Notes: generated from the letters alone by a model not told the origin. A DNA stretch of 63,735 nucleotides, filler included, from Octopus bimaculoides (GCF_001194135.2; 9 parts of 6 records of this genome joined end to end with filler, not necessarily neighbours in it); one strand, 5' to 3'. Shown: positions 36,541 to 50,063, counted from the first letter of the whole stretch. A program made the numbers and translations.

Positions 36541-38049
36541 AGCCTGGAGAGAGATGGGCTCCGCCAGGCTTTCTCGCCCTAGATACGCTGCATGGCTGCA
36601 GCCCCACCCACCCCAACGACCTACGGGGCTTAAGGGACTTGTCAATTGTCAATTCTCCTGTACCTTTTAGCACTATACGTCTGCATGAGATGCTTTCTCG
36701 AGGCAAATACTGCAGTCGTGTGGCTTTCTACTTTATATCCACTTTAGATCATGTTAAACTTCTTCCCATCACTTTTTCAAATTTTCACCAGAATATTCTT
36801 TTTAAAATGTAGTTATGATAGAGATTTGTATGCTGATGACGAAAATTGCATTTATTAATTAATTTATTTATTTATTTATTTATTTATATATCGCTAGAAA
36901 TTAATTGTAGAAAATTTACAGGCATTTAAAATTATGTAATTTTAGCCAATCGGCAGCCTTCGTTGCTAGATATACCGGACGTCGCGATTGTATGTCCCTA
37001 TGGGAACAGCACACATAAAACCTTTATGTAGTCTCTCGACCTGCTAAAAATAGCAGCCACATTTTTCTTAAACTACATCATAACGACTTAAGACAACAAA
37101 AACGATGACACATTGTGCTGCAGCATCGTTTATTTCCTCACTTGTGACAGCCTCACTTGTTGAGTGTTACGAATAACATTTAAATTATAATCAATCTCCA
37201 CGAATGTAATTTTTTGTCGAAATCACGACCTTTAAAACACTGGGCATCACAGACCGGTACTAAAGGTGCTTTCTCTTTCCTTATATTAAAACTGAACAAA
37301 GTTTAATAGAAAAAGGTGGCGTTGATGGTGAAGAAAGAATTGGTTGCCAATGTTGTATTCTTTGAATTATAGTATCGACAGCGATGATGACGATCTTATT
37401 GATGGTACTCTTTCTCCATCATCAAACCTTCTAAAACAATTTTACGATAAGAGAAGGTACATTTAATATCGATCGGTGGAGCTCAGTGTTTTAAGGGCTG
37501 TGATTTTGATAAAAGGTTACATCCGTGGAGAATGACTTTAATTTAAATGTTATAAGTAACACTCGACAAGTGGGTCTTCCATAAGTGGGGAATTTAACGG
37601 TGCCGTGGTACAGTGTGTCGCCCTTTATCGTTTTTGCATGTTTCTTTTACATATTATGGTGTAAGGAAGATTTGACTGCTATTTCTTGCAGGTCGATAGA
37701 CTACATAAAGCTTTTGTGTGTACTTGTCACGTGGGGACAAACAGTCCTGACATCCGGTACATCTAATAGTGAAGACTACCGATTGGCTAAAATTACGAAA
37801 TTTTAAATGCTTGTACCTTTATTTAATTTTTTCTTATTAACTTCTAGAAAAAATGAATGCAATTTTTTGTCATCAACATGCAAAACTACATCATAAACGC
37901 ATGTTTTAAAAATAATCTGGTGAAAATTTGAAAAACCTGAGGAAGCTGGAAGAAATTTGATAAGATCTGTAGTGAAACTACCTCCCGCCATTAGATACAA
38001 ACTACTATCGCTATTACATACAATCTTCTCATTTAAATATAAATAAATG

Positions 38050-39136
38050 CGAGCGTAGTAGAGAACCCATCCCTTGTCATCACGTGACTGATTATTATTC
38101 GAATCGGCAACTACTTCGAACCTTTCCCGCCAGAACGCAAACTGACCAATCACAGCCCCTAATAAGGTCACGTGATAGAGTATATTTCTACCATCTGGTG
38201 AGCCAATAGTTTGTTATAAATAGCTTTAACTCGGCAACCAAATTTGTCNNNNNNNNNNNNNNNNNNNNNNNNNNNNNNNNNNNNNNNNNNNNNNNNNNNN
38301 NNNNNNNNNNNNNNNNNNNNNNNNNNNNNNNNNNNNNNNNNNNNNNNNNNNNNNNNNNNNNNNNNNNNNNNNNNNNNNNNNNNNNNNNNNNNNNNNNNNN
38401 NNNNNNNNNNNNNNNNNNNNNNNNNNNNNNNNNNNNNNNNNNNNNNNNNNNNNNNNNNNNNNNNNNNNNNNNNNNNNNNNNNNNNNNNNNNNNNNNNNNN
38501 NNNNNNNNNNNNNNNNNNNNNNNNNNNNNNNNNNNNNNNNNNNNNNNNNNNNNNNNNNNNNNNNNNNNNNNNNNNNNNNNNNNNNNNNNNNNNNNNNNNN
38601 NNNNNNNNNNNNNNNNNNNNNNNNNNNNNNNNNNNNNNNNNNNNNNNNNNNNNNNNNNNNNNNNNNNNNNNNNNNNNNNNNNNNNNNNNNNNNNNNNNNN
38701 NNNNNNNNNNNNNNNNNNNNNNNNNNNNNNNNNNNNNNNNNNNNNNNNNNNNNNNNNNNNNNNNNGGTATAATTGCTCACGTGTCATTTACTGACTCTTT
38801 CTATCTGCTGTAATAACTCACACATGTATCACTCACATACACACTTTTCTTTGCATGACGGCCTGTCTTTGATTATGTTCTTATATGTCGCATTCACACT
38901 CTCACACAGACATACATCTTTAACGCTACAATAAATATCTCTGTTATTCATCTTATACGGTTGTGGTCTTTCATTACTGGTCATCTATGTTATCGTCGTA
39001 TAACATACCATCTATATCATCATCTGATATATATATCTTGTGTTCGACCGTGTGACACGTTTAAATAAAAGGAGTCCTCTGTTTTTCCATTCGTCACCAT
39101 TTCTCCTTTTATGAGTTCGCACGGTCGTCCCTTACA
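38050..39136 (+). mobile_element. Probable solo LTR spanning an assembly gap
   Basis: Promoter cluster, then after the gap AATAAA (about 38931, 39065) and an abrupt ...GGTCGTCCCTTACA end; 5' TG boundary not identified. Confidence 0.35.
38080..38222 (+). promoter_or_regulatory. Promoter-like motif cluster (E-box, CCAAT, E-box, CCAAT, TATA), probably LTR U3
   Basis: TCACGTGA 38080-87 and 38168-75; CCAAT 38146-50 and 38203-07; TATAAA 38215-20. Confidence 0.45.
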
Positions 39137-39832
39137 GATCCACCACGTTTAGTAAGATAACAGAAAGCTGTTTTGATGTGTGTAGGGGGTGCGTACGTGT
39201 GTGTGTAGGTGTGTGTATGTGCGTGTCAAATCGTGTGTGCACGTGTGATTGTATGTGCGTGTGATTGTATGTGCGTGTGTGTGTAAGTGTGTGTGTGTGT
39301 GTGTGCGTGCGCTCGCGCTCGCGTGTGTATGTTTGCTTGCGTGACCGTCTTCCTTCTACCGATTTCAGTCAGAAGGCTTTAGTTAACCTGAGGCTTAAAA
39401 ATAAAAGTACACTTATCAAACATGTCACATTGTTTCAAGTTCAAACTGAAAACAAATGCTTAGCATTATGACATTAACCTTTTTTAGAATATAAGCATTG
39501 TGTAAGTCAGTCCGGGTTACATGACACTCTGAAATATTGTTTCAGCTTGACTTACAGTGACCTATGCCCAATAAACCTTCTCAACCCTCTTTTGTTTTCG
39601 TTAATTTTATATATATATATATATATACATACGAATTTCTTATATATATNNNNNNNNNNNNNNNNNNNNNNNNNNNNNNNNNNNNNNNNNNNNTTAATTA
39701 ATTAANNNNNNNNNNNNNNNNNNNNNNNNNNNNNNNNNNNNNNNNNNNNTATGGTTGTTAACTTGATCCACAGTTTCCTCCTACACATATTTCCATTGGT
39801 TACAATCAATTCTTTATACATAATTTTTATCT

Positions 39833-40032
39833 TTTACATTTTACTTGTTTCAGTCATTTGACTGTGGCCATGCTGGGGCACACTCCTTGAAGGGTTTTAG
39901 TCGAACAAATCAACCCAGGACTTATTTTCTTAAGCCTAGTACTTATTCTATTCCATCGTATCTTTTGCTGAACCGATAGTTACGGGGACGTAAACAGACC
40001 AACACCGGTTGTCAACCGATAGTGGGAGACAA

Positions 40033-40070
<38 letters not shown>

Positions 40071-40189
40071 CGTATAAACAAAGTCTGAAAGATTGCTTTG
40101 AGATACATGGCATATTTTATAAATATGCAAGTTCAAGTATCATAATAGCATGAAACTATTAGTAGCACTTTCAGTTGTATAATTAATTT

Positions 40190-40252
<63 letters not shown>

Positions 40253-40665
40253 GACGGCTTTCATTCAGTTTCCGTCTACCAAATCCACTCACAAAGCTTT
40301 GGTCGGCCCGAGGCTATAGTAGAAGACACTTGCCCAAGGTGCCACGCAGTGGGACTGAGCCCGAGACCATGCGGTTGGGAAGTAAGCTTCTTATTTCTTT
40401 ATTGCCCACAAGGGGCTAAACACAGAGGGGACAAACAAGGACAGACAAAGGGATTAAGTCGATTACATCGACCCCTGTGCTTAACTGGTACTTAATTTAT
40501 CGACCCTGAAAGGATGAAATGCAAAGTCGACTTCAGCGGAATTTGAACTCAGAACGTAACGGCAGACGAAATACCGTTAAGCATTTCGCCCGGTGCGCTA
40601 ACGATTCTGCCAGCTCGCCGCCTTCTTACCACACAGCTACACCTGGATAGATAAATAGTATTTAC
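39833..40665 (-). mobile_element. SINE family A with expanded internal microsatellite and nested OR-like SINE
   Basis: Tail 39833-40030, (CA)/(TA)-rich spacer, head 40252-40665 interrupted at 40393. Confidence 0.85.
40394..40621 (-). mobile_element. OR-like SINE nested in SINE A with 7-bp TSD
   Basis: CTTCTTA at 40387-93 and 40622-28. Confidence 0.9.
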
Positions 40666-40714
40666 TTTTTCTTTCTTACATTAGTTGAGATGTTTATGTA
40701 AAAATAAGAGTTTG

Positions 40715-41215
40715 CAGCGCCAGTCTGAAACCCTTATCTTGCTCAGCATATCAATCTCCTAGCAACTGTTCAGAAACGTGTAACCAAACGAATACCCGCC
40801 GTCAAGCATCGACCATACACCGAACGTCTTGCTGCCAAGGGCACGAGCAAATTAAAGCTTTGTTGTCTGGCAATTGATTTCGTAGATACCCACAACATTA
40901 TCCACTATCTTCCCAACAACAACCCTTAGGCACCTTTATGAATTCTTTATGTCTAACACTCGTGGACATGCTTACAAAATCAAAAAACAAGACTGCACCC
41001 ATGACTTTCGGAAACATTCTTTTACACTCAGAACTGTTGATCCATGGAATAAACTACCTGCATCAGTTGTTAGTAATCGAGATACTACACCTTTCAAAAT
41101 TTCCATGCTTCCTGAAATTCCCCAACAGCACACCTGATGCCCCCACCACTGTTACTTCTTTTTTTAAAGTTGTAGTGCACCTGAGCTTTGTGTACAAGTT
41201 CATCATATACGTATA
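40715..41215 (+). mobile_element. CR1-clade LINE 3' fragment
   Basis: PYLAQHINLLATVQKRVTK...YTERL...SNTRGHAYKIKK...RKHSFTLRTVDPWNKLPASVV...FK. Confidence 0.85.
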
Positions 41216-42249
41216 TACATACATAATCAAAGGGGTTCAAAGACAAAACATGGTTGAGTACCACTGATATAGAGATTCCAAATGCTCTGTAATATGTAAT
41301 GTTATTTATTGGTATTATGAGCAGGTCTATTGCTATATTATGGTGCAAGAGAGTGGACCTCAAAATTTTGTGGGTTGATATTCTTATTTCTCAATAATTT
41401 TTAGACGGAGTTTCGCGATAAATATACCATATATTTATAATCTAATGCATGAAGTGAAACAACTGCTAAAACATTCAATTTTTCATCTAAATAGCTTTCA
41501 CAAAGCAAGTTTTACAACACAATAATTGTAACCTTAACCCTAATTAACTTTATGGTAATAGCTTAAGAAGAGTTTTCTTTAATGCTATCTTGTCAATAGA
41601 CGCTGCTATTTCGTATGTGTGAATCCGATTCTCCTTTGACTTGGAGACTTAAATAGATCTCAATCTTTGCACTCGTCATAATCAAGCTCTGTTCTGGTTG
41701 AGGGGTTTTTTTTTTTTTTAGCTAGGCAGCAAAGGAAATGACAGTTCACGAAAATATCTATGTGGAATTTCTGCAGTAATGCACCATTGTAAATTTTAAA
41801 GTGCTATTTCTGCGGTTTAAAAACATTAGCACTTTATGAAAATAGTTTTGAATTATTAGGAAAATTTTGTTTAAATGAAGCATTTTAGCATTCGAAAACG
41901 GAAAAACAACTAAAATAAAAATACTTTTTTTAAAAAAGTAAAGAATTCAGAAAAAGCAAAGTTTAAGTGAAGGCAAGGTTATTTGATGGTATTTGAACGT
42001 AAAGAACCAGACGAAATGCAAGTAAGCATTTTGTCAGAAGTACTAACGATATTTTAGGGGGAAAAGGGGTTTGATTGGTACTTTATTTCATCGAACCTGA
42101 AAAGAAATAAGTTTTCTTTAGAAAAATTTAAAGTACGGTGATTCATCATTTTCTTCTCAATTTGTAATAAACTCACTTCTTTTAAAAGAGTATTTTGCCC
42201 CAAAAGAAGAAATCTCTGCAGGATTTGATCAGTTTCTCTCTTTTGGATG

Positions 42250-44440
42250 TTTAGGGAGATGTTTTGGATCATCAATTCCAAAAGGTTAACATCTTGACCA
42301 ACAAGTACATCAACACGAGTGTTAGAAAGGAGGAATCCCAGGCTACTCTAGATGCCTCAAGCACATATCAGCGATCAACTATGTCCTTTAGAGAGCAAGT
42401 AGGAACAAGAAATCACTCTCTATTGTGTGGTCGGATTTTGGCAAAATATACCCAAGTATACTTCACTAGATTCTCCATAGTGCATTGGAGTACTACCATA
42501 CCAACGGAAATAGACTCATTATGTCTCCCATGGATTCATTGAGGATGAGGTTCACCATGAGAAATTTTGCCTACAAGTGGCAGCGATTCAAAAACATTAT
42601 GGCAGGGTACACAATTTCCGTGGTGTTATTTGTGGCGGCATGAAACTGTTGCAAGCGGTGGGAGGGAAGCAGTCGAGAGGTCTCGAAACTGATGGAAACA
42701 CGGGAAATCCAGTTTGTAGGACGTTCGTCGACGACGTAACGGTTATGACATCATCAATCGAAGGGACACGGTGGATATAGATCTCAGTGGAAAAGATAGT
42801 CACATGGTCACGCCTGAAGTTCAAACCAGCGAAATCTCGGAGCCTGAAAATCCTTAAAAGAAAGCTGACAAATGATACCTTCAGCATTCAGGGCTCTGGG
42901 ATTCCCACAATCCAAGAAAAAGGAATCGGCTGCCTTGGGAAAAGTTACGATTATACTCGTTAGAATATTGGTCTTGCTGAAGACACCAAGACCCAACTAA
43001 GCAACCGGTTAAGGGTAGTTACTAAAAGCCGGCAACATAGAAGGTTCAAAGTATAGTGCTTCCAGTATAGCATTATACCCAGACTGCAATGGCCATTTTT
43101 GCTTCAAGACTTTTCCGTGACTCGGGTAGCGGCAATGGCAAGTCTGTGCAGTAAATTCGTGCGAAAGTGGCTGTGTGGTTCCCAAAATTTTAACTCAGTC
43201 AATCTGTACATCAGGATCTCTAAGCTCTGCCTACCAAATTCATCAGTGGCGAAGGAATTCAAAGTCACAAAGGCAAAAACAATCACGACATGGCTTCTTT
43301 CTGAAGATGCGGAAGTCAGACATACCAACAAGATCATAAAGTATGTAGAAAATGGAAACCCCAGGAAATTATGAAGGAAGCAGATACATATTGGAAACAC
43401 CAGAATATTGTGGGAGTACTCTATCAAGCACGGCTGAGACTTAACAAAAAATACCAATACCAGGAGCAAGAGAGAGCTCACAGTGCGAAGGATCCGTGAT
43501 TCAACTAAGAAGAATCACCGGTTGAAGACAGAAGGGCTTGCTCACTAAGGTCAATGGATTCAGTGGTATCAGGTACTTGAGCGGCCATTGTCATGGAAGG
43601 AGCTCTGGAGCACCTACGATGCAAAAAATATCCTACTTCTTTCAAACTGTCACAGACCTCTTGCCAACTCCAAGCAATCTTAAAATATGGGTAAAGATAA
43701 AGACTTATCATGCAACTAGTTTGGAACAAGCCTTTGCATCCTGAACCACATTTTGACCAGATGCCCTAAGGCAATGGAAGAAGACCTATACATATGGAAA
43801 CATGACAAGGTTCTTGCAGAAATTGCCAAATGGACTTACCTCCGAAGGTTGACGGCTAATAAACACTAGGCACCACCACCAAAGGGCATCAAATTCCTAA
43901 AGAAAGGTGACAAAGTTCCCAAGGCGAAAGCAATGGCAGAGACCCGTTTTCTATTTTGTGTTCGATATCAGACTTGAAGGGCTAGACTTGTCTTCGTAGA
44001 GGAGATTGTGGTAGCATCATTCCGACCAGACACGTTTCTGTTCTCCAGGAATACAAAAACAATAATCGTGCTCGAACTCAGTTCAGACTTGATATTTTCC
44101 ACCAGGTAAAGAAATCAAAATATCAGGACATAGTCGACCAGACCCTTGTCAAGGGCTAACATGCGGCCTCATTCCTCGTTAATATCGGCCGCTGCGACTT
44201 TCTATCTGGATTACTGTACTATTTCCTGTAGAAGATAGATCTGGAACTCATACAACTGAGGGAAGTCATCAAGGAAATAGGCACGGCAGCTGAAACTAAC
44301 ACAAGATGGACATGATTGATAAGAGAGCGTAGGTGAAAACTGGCTTAATCCTCGCAGCCCCACTCAGGTCAATCAAACAGCCTAAGGGGTGAAACGCTTA
44401 TGACCTTGAGTTACCCACTGACGATACGGAAGGGATTTCA
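42250..44440 (+). mobile_element. Decayed HERO-like (R2 group, RLE) LINE: RT + zinc knuckle + RLE
   Basis: RTFVDDVT (42724-35), LKFKPAKSRSL, CLGK, IIPRLQWP, KLCLP.SSVAKEFKVTK, DLLPTPSNLKIW, HILTRCPKA...WKHDKVL, FRPD...VLEL. Confidence 0.82.
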
Positions 44441-44538
44441 GCATTGCAATGGATTTAGAAGGCTTGCCAAACCTCTGCTTAGCTACTGCGTTTTCTACGT
44501 GGGATCACACAAAGCATGTGTGATGTTCATTTCACCAC

Positions 44539-44579
<41 letters not shown>

Positions 44580-44734
44580 NNNNNNNNNNNNNNNNNNNNN
44601 NNNNNNNNNNNNNNNNNNNNNNNTTAATTAATTAANNNNNNNNNNNNNNNNNNNNNNNNNNNNNNNNNNNNNNNNNNNNTATTCGGACAAAAACATCATT
44701 AGAGAAGGGAAGCAGAAAATAAAAACGAGTGTGA

Positions 44735-44770
44735 TAATTTTCCCCTCGGTATCCGGGCTCATCAGCAAAT
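44735..44770 (-). ncRNA. Degenerate hammerhead-like motif
   Basis: Minus strand ATTTG-CTGATGA-GCCC-GGATACCGA-GGG-GAAAAT; no cleavage triplet or stem I partner found. Confidence 0.3.
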
Positions 44771-45849
44771 GGCTTATATACTTTCGAAGGCATAAGCTTC
44801 AATGGCAAATTAGTGCATAGAAATTGGGAAAAGAGAAAGATGCAATGCAGGTGGAAGAAAGAGGTGAAAAAAAAAATTAAATGTGAAAATGTGAGAAAAG
44901 AACGTGCCACAATAAGATGAAAAAAGCCAATGAATGTAGGAAAAGGAAAATGAAATTGATGATATCAAAGAACACATAATACCCAGAAAAATGTAAGAGG
45001 AAAAGCACTCTGAGAGATGTATAGGTAGAAATATGAATACGACAGACACAATCAATGAGAATAATATCAAAAGAACAAATATTAATGAACGACAGTACTG
45101 AATGAAATGCAAACAGATATTATATAAAATGTAACATAGTTTAACGTATATTCTTCGGTACATTTTCTTAATAGAAAAGGAATAAAACGATGATTACTGA
45201 TACGTAAAATAACGTAATCATTGAGAATAAATCTAATGATTAAAACCCATTTAGAGCATATTTTGTAATATATGTAACACAGGTTTAGGCGTAGGAAAAG
45301 CTGAAAAGTTAAACCAATGGGCTAAATTGGTGTTCCGTTAGTTAGAAACAACATTAAGTCTTGTACGGAAAAACATGCTGAGTGACGTTGGCGACTTTGC
45401 ATTACCAAGTGATAACATGAAGCGATGAATGTCATTGAGTATAATCTCCAGAAATTCATTTTTTGCCGAGTGCACGTGCTAGAGAACAAAATATCTATCA
45501 TCGCAAAAATGTATAAGATTACTTTTTGTAAAACTAATATTGAAGACAGAGAAAAGATAATATAGAAATGTTTTTGTCAGTGGAGGCTGTCAGCCAGTCA
45601 GTGTTGGAACTACTAGAAAATGATCGATGGTGTCTCTATTCGATGCCTAGTCTACGATAACTACGATAGCTATTTATCTCTACTTGAATAATACATAGTT
45701 CCTAGAACTGCAGAAGTTGTTGAGGAGACGGAGGCATAAATGAATAGAAACTGTTGAGAATCCACTGATTATCTACACTCTTTGTTTTGATTCACGTTTA
45801 CAAAACATACTTTCAACGTAACATCCAAAAATAAGAATTAATATGAATT

Positions 45850-46230
45850 GCAGAATAAGGCGGCTATCTGGCGGAATCAATGGCATGCCAGGTAAAATAT
45901 TTAGCAGTCATTCGCCCGTCTTTACGTTCAGATTTCAAATACCACCGAGGTTAACTTTCCTTTCATCCTTTCGGAGTCGACAAAATGCATATTTGACTTA
46001 CTTCTTAGCGAAAATATGCAAGCCTTGTTGCAAAGTTTTTTCTTAGTAGCAGAATAAGTCGAAGAGCTGGCGGAGTGTTTAATACGGCGGACAAAGTGCT
46101 TTGTGGTAGTACATCCATCTTCACGCTTTTAGCTATCTGCCTTCCGTCCGATCAGGGTTGATGAAATATTTACCAATTGGATACTGGAGCCTATGTAACT
46201 ATAGGCCACTAAAATTACTGGCTTTGTGCC
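45850..46230 (+). mobile_element. Two degenerate OR-like SINEs in tandem
   Basis: GGCGGCTATCTGGCGGAATC...CCGAGGTTAACTTTCCTTTCATCCTTTCGGAGTCGA, then GAGCTGGCGGAGTGTT...CCTTCCGTCCGATCAGGGTTGATGAAAT. Confidence 0.65.
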
Positions 46231-47223
46231 AAAATTTGAAACGAATATTAATATTAATTCCGAATAATTGAAATTGGTAATGTAAAGAAAATTTTTATCA
46301 ATGACAAATGCCTAAAATTAAAGTAAAATTACATTTCCAGGTTTTCTATGATTTTACATCTGGTTTGCGAATTCCACGGGAGCCAAATTTGACTCTCATT
46401 CGTCTTTCTGCGCCAAATCATTAAACTCATACTTTTTTGCTTTCTTTCAAATTAATATTTTGCATTTTAGACATGTTACAAATTGTTGATTATAATGGGA
46501 AGCAGAAACTAAAAAATCAGTCTCTGGAGTTTTTTCGAGATAGTTTTGACAGAAAATTTTACATCTTTCTTTCTTCGTATTTAAAACTTAGCTAGGTATT
46601 ATTGATGTTGCTTCGTCGATAATTGTTAATTATTCGGGTTGTTTTCAGAAAACATGGGAGTCATTATAATATCAGAGTGATTTAATATAGTGCTTTTAGA
46701 GAAAAACTTTAATAGTCCTATTTGTTTGCATGTAGTTTATGTAATTATAATGTTTGCATTCTACAAAATATAAGTAGCAGGGCTTCAGAGATATTTACTG
46801 TTTATTTTCTACATATTGTGACTATATATATTTCGACATTCCAAAGGAAACTATTATTAGTAGAGTGCATCAATTTACAGTATAATATCCTGATTAAAAA
46901 GGATTTTACATCAGATAACTTTTCTATTTATTTTGTTGAGCTATGTTAACGACATTGAGAAATGTTATATTATAAAGATTAAGAGAAATTTATTACCTGA
47001 TGGGCACTGACAATAATAACTGCCAAATCAATATTCCTTAAACTTCCATTTTCTGTTAAAACGATGGCTATGTCCTCGTTGACATTCTTCAAGTTTTTTT
47101 TTTTAGATTTTATTTTATTATTGAATAATGATCTCTTCATTTACACTCTAGGAAGCCACTATAGTTTTATATTCTCCGTTTTTGACAAAGGATGACCATT
47201 TATCCCTCAACACAAACTCTAGG

Positions 47224-47430
47224 TAGGCGGCGAGCTGACAGAAACGTTAGCACGCCGGGGTGAAGTGCCTAGCAGTATTTCGTCGGTCTTTACCTTCTGA
47301 GTTCAAACTCTGCCGAGGTTGACTTTGCCTTTAATCCTTTCAGTGTCGATAAATTAAGTACTAGTTGCATACTGAGTCGATCTTATCGACTGGCCCCCTC
47401 ACCAAAAATTTCGGGCCTTGTACCTAGAAC
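47224..47430 (+). mobile_element. OR-like SINE, full length
   Basis: GGCGGCGAGCTGACAGAAACGTTAGC...GAGTTCAAACTC.GCCGAGG...CCAAAAATTTCGGGCCTTGTACCTAGAA. Confidence 0.88.
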
Positions 47431-48814
47431 ACATACTCTAGTTATTTTTACGTACTCCAATTAAGTGTAGACCTATCATAGTTCCCTTTAGGAAATCTTG
47501 CAATATACTACGACCTAATACCTCACTTTTGCCAATAATACCTCACTTTTTTCATACAATACTCATCCACTTCTACATTAACTTCTGACGCATATTATTG
47601 ACTGTCGAGTTTCTTTTGTATTGTATTTATCTTTCTTTTATTGTTTTTTAAACATTTCTTTCGGGCATTGGACTACGGACATTATCATCCACTACTTTGA
47701 TATGATTTAATGAAATAAATCTAAAACAGTACATATCTTCATTAAAATCTGGATTTTGTTTTATTCCATTCCTCTGCCTAACCTCTTAGAGGGACGTNNN
47801 NNNNNNNGTTTACGCATATGTATATATATTCTGTTTCAGGCTGCCAATTTCATTCCCTGTGTGTTGATCCGTAGCCGTCGATCATGGGCTACATTAAAAT
47901 ACACTTTCCCTAGATTCCATGCAGTGGGACAGAGCTCAAAGCTACGAGGTTTGAATCAAACTTTTTAACGCTATACCCACATTTTAATAATCTTATCTTA
48001 ACATAGTTCGTTTATTCGACTACGTTTTATACTTATTAGTCAGCCCAATACGGGAAACAATTATTCTTCTATTTAGATTTGTTTCCTTTTTTTCGTTGTA
48101 AAATACATTTTCTAGTCATAAAGGAGTTATTTTACAAGGTTAATGCTTTCTTTTTGTCAAATCTATTTAGCAGGGATGTGATAATATTGTAACTTCGTAC
48201 AGAAAGATCTAGAGTAATGAAAACTGTTGGTTATTTCTTATCTTCAGTTTAGACACAAAACAGTATAAGTCCATGTTATTTCGTCCTGATCTGTTATTTA
48301 TTTCTGAATATTGTTCTTTTACTCCATCGATACCTGCATATTTTTTAGTTTATTATACGTCTATTTCTTTCTATTTCTTTACGTAACAAATGTTCATTTA
48401 TTTTTTCGTGTTTCCCCTTGTGCATTTACCTAATGTAAATCTGCTTTCCAATATTTCCTACTGAATCGGTGTAACATATTTTCTATTTATCGCTGTTTTT
48501 TTACTGGGATGCAGTATACAGTTGCACATTCGCTATACACATGGAAATAAATGTCATCCCATTGAGTGAATCCGTTCGTAATGTCATTTAGTGCCACAGT
48601 CCAAAGGCGTAAGTGGAGTCACTTCATGTAATATACACCGCTTCCAATGTACATGCGCCTTATTCATAAATATTCATGTTTTCATTAACTCACTGCATCA
48701 TTATAGTTACCCAATTTACGAGGAAATTGTTTTCCTGGCATGAAAAAATATTTCATGTAATGAAGTAATATATCTACAGTATTAGTAATTTTCCTGCATT
48801 GGCGCAGACGTCAC

Positions 48815-48975
48815 TGTACAACTAAGACACTCGCTTTGCATCATCGTGGTGTGGGGTTCAGTCCCACTGTACGGCATATTGAGAAAATCATCTACTATAG
48901 CCCCAGACCAACCGATGCCTACCCACTGTATGCGTGATGTTGTTGACAGAAAGACGAAAACTATTTGGTAGCCCG

Positions 48976-48978
<3 letters not shown>
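48815..48978 (+). mobile_element. SINE family A head, degenerate
   Basis: GGGTTCAGTCCCACTG...TCTACTATAGCCCC...AGCCCGTC followed by (TA)n. Confidence 0.65.
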
Positions 48979-49007
<29 letters not shown>

Positions 49008-50025
49008 NNNNNNNNNNNNNNNNNNNNNNNNNNNNNNNNNNNNNNNNNNNNNNNNNNNNNNNNNNNNNNNNNNNNNNNNNNNNNNNNNNNNNNNNNNNNN
49101 NNNNNNNNNNNNNNNNNNNNNNNNNNNNNNNNNNNNNNNNNNNNNNNNNNNNNNNNNNNNNNNNNNNNNNNNNNNNNNNNNNNNNNNNNNNNNNNNNNNN
49201 NNNNNNNNNNNNNNNNNNNNNNNNNNNNNNNNNNNNNNNNNNNNNNNNNNNNNNNNNNNNNNNNNNNNNNNNNNNNNNNNNNNNNNNNNNNNNNNNNNNN
49301 NNNNNNNNNNNNNNNNNNNNNNNNNNNNNNNNNNNNNNNNNNNNNNNNNNNNNNNNNNNNNNNNNNNNNNNNNNNNNNNNNNNNNNNNNNNNNNNNNNNN
49401 NNNNNNNNNNNNNNNNNNNNNNNNNNNNNNNNNNNNNNNNNNNNNNNNNNNNNNNNNNNNNNNNNNNNNNNNNNNNNNNNNNNNNNNNNNNNNNNNNNNN
49501 NNNNNNNNNNNNNNNNNNNNNNNNNNNNNNNNNNNNNNNNNNNNNNNNNNNNNNNNNNNNNNNNNNNNNNNNNNNNNNNNNNNNNNNNNNNNNNNNNNNN
49601 NNNNNNNNNNNNNNNNNNNNNNNNNNNNNNNNNNNNNNNNNNNNNNNNNNNNNNNNNNNNNNNNNNNNNNNNNNNNNNNNNNNNNNNNNNNNNNNNNNNN
49701 NNNNNNNNNNNNNNNNNNNNNNNNNNNNNNNNNNNNNNNNNNNNNNNNNNNNNNNNNNNNNNNNNNNNNNNNNNNNNNNNNNNNNNNNNNNNNNNNNNNN
49801 NNNNNNNNNNNNNNNNNNNNNNNNNNNNNNNNNNNNNNNNNNNNNNNNNNNNNNNNNNNNNNNNNNNNNNNNNNNNNNNNNNNNNNNNNNNNNNNNNNNN
49901 NNNNNNNNNNNNNNNNNNNNNNNNNNNNNNNNNNNNNNNNNNNNNNNNNNNNNNNNNNNNNNNNNNNNNNNNNNNNNNNNNNNNNNNNNNNNNNNNNNNN
50001 NNNNTTTGTCTATCTATCTATTTAC

Positions 50026-50063
<38 letters not shown>

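Noticed and set aside
36541-36582. Hairpin AGCCTGG...CCAGGCT followed by CTAG, like a Helitron 3' end
   Set aside because: Followed by A, not T, and no 5' TC end found.
37803-38171. 122-aa minus-strand ORF
   Set aside because: No recognisable domain; overlaps the LTR-like promoter cluster.
44385-44430. GAAAC...CTGACGA in the HERO-like 3' end as a type II hammerhead
   Set aside because: No NUH triplet or stems in the required geometry.
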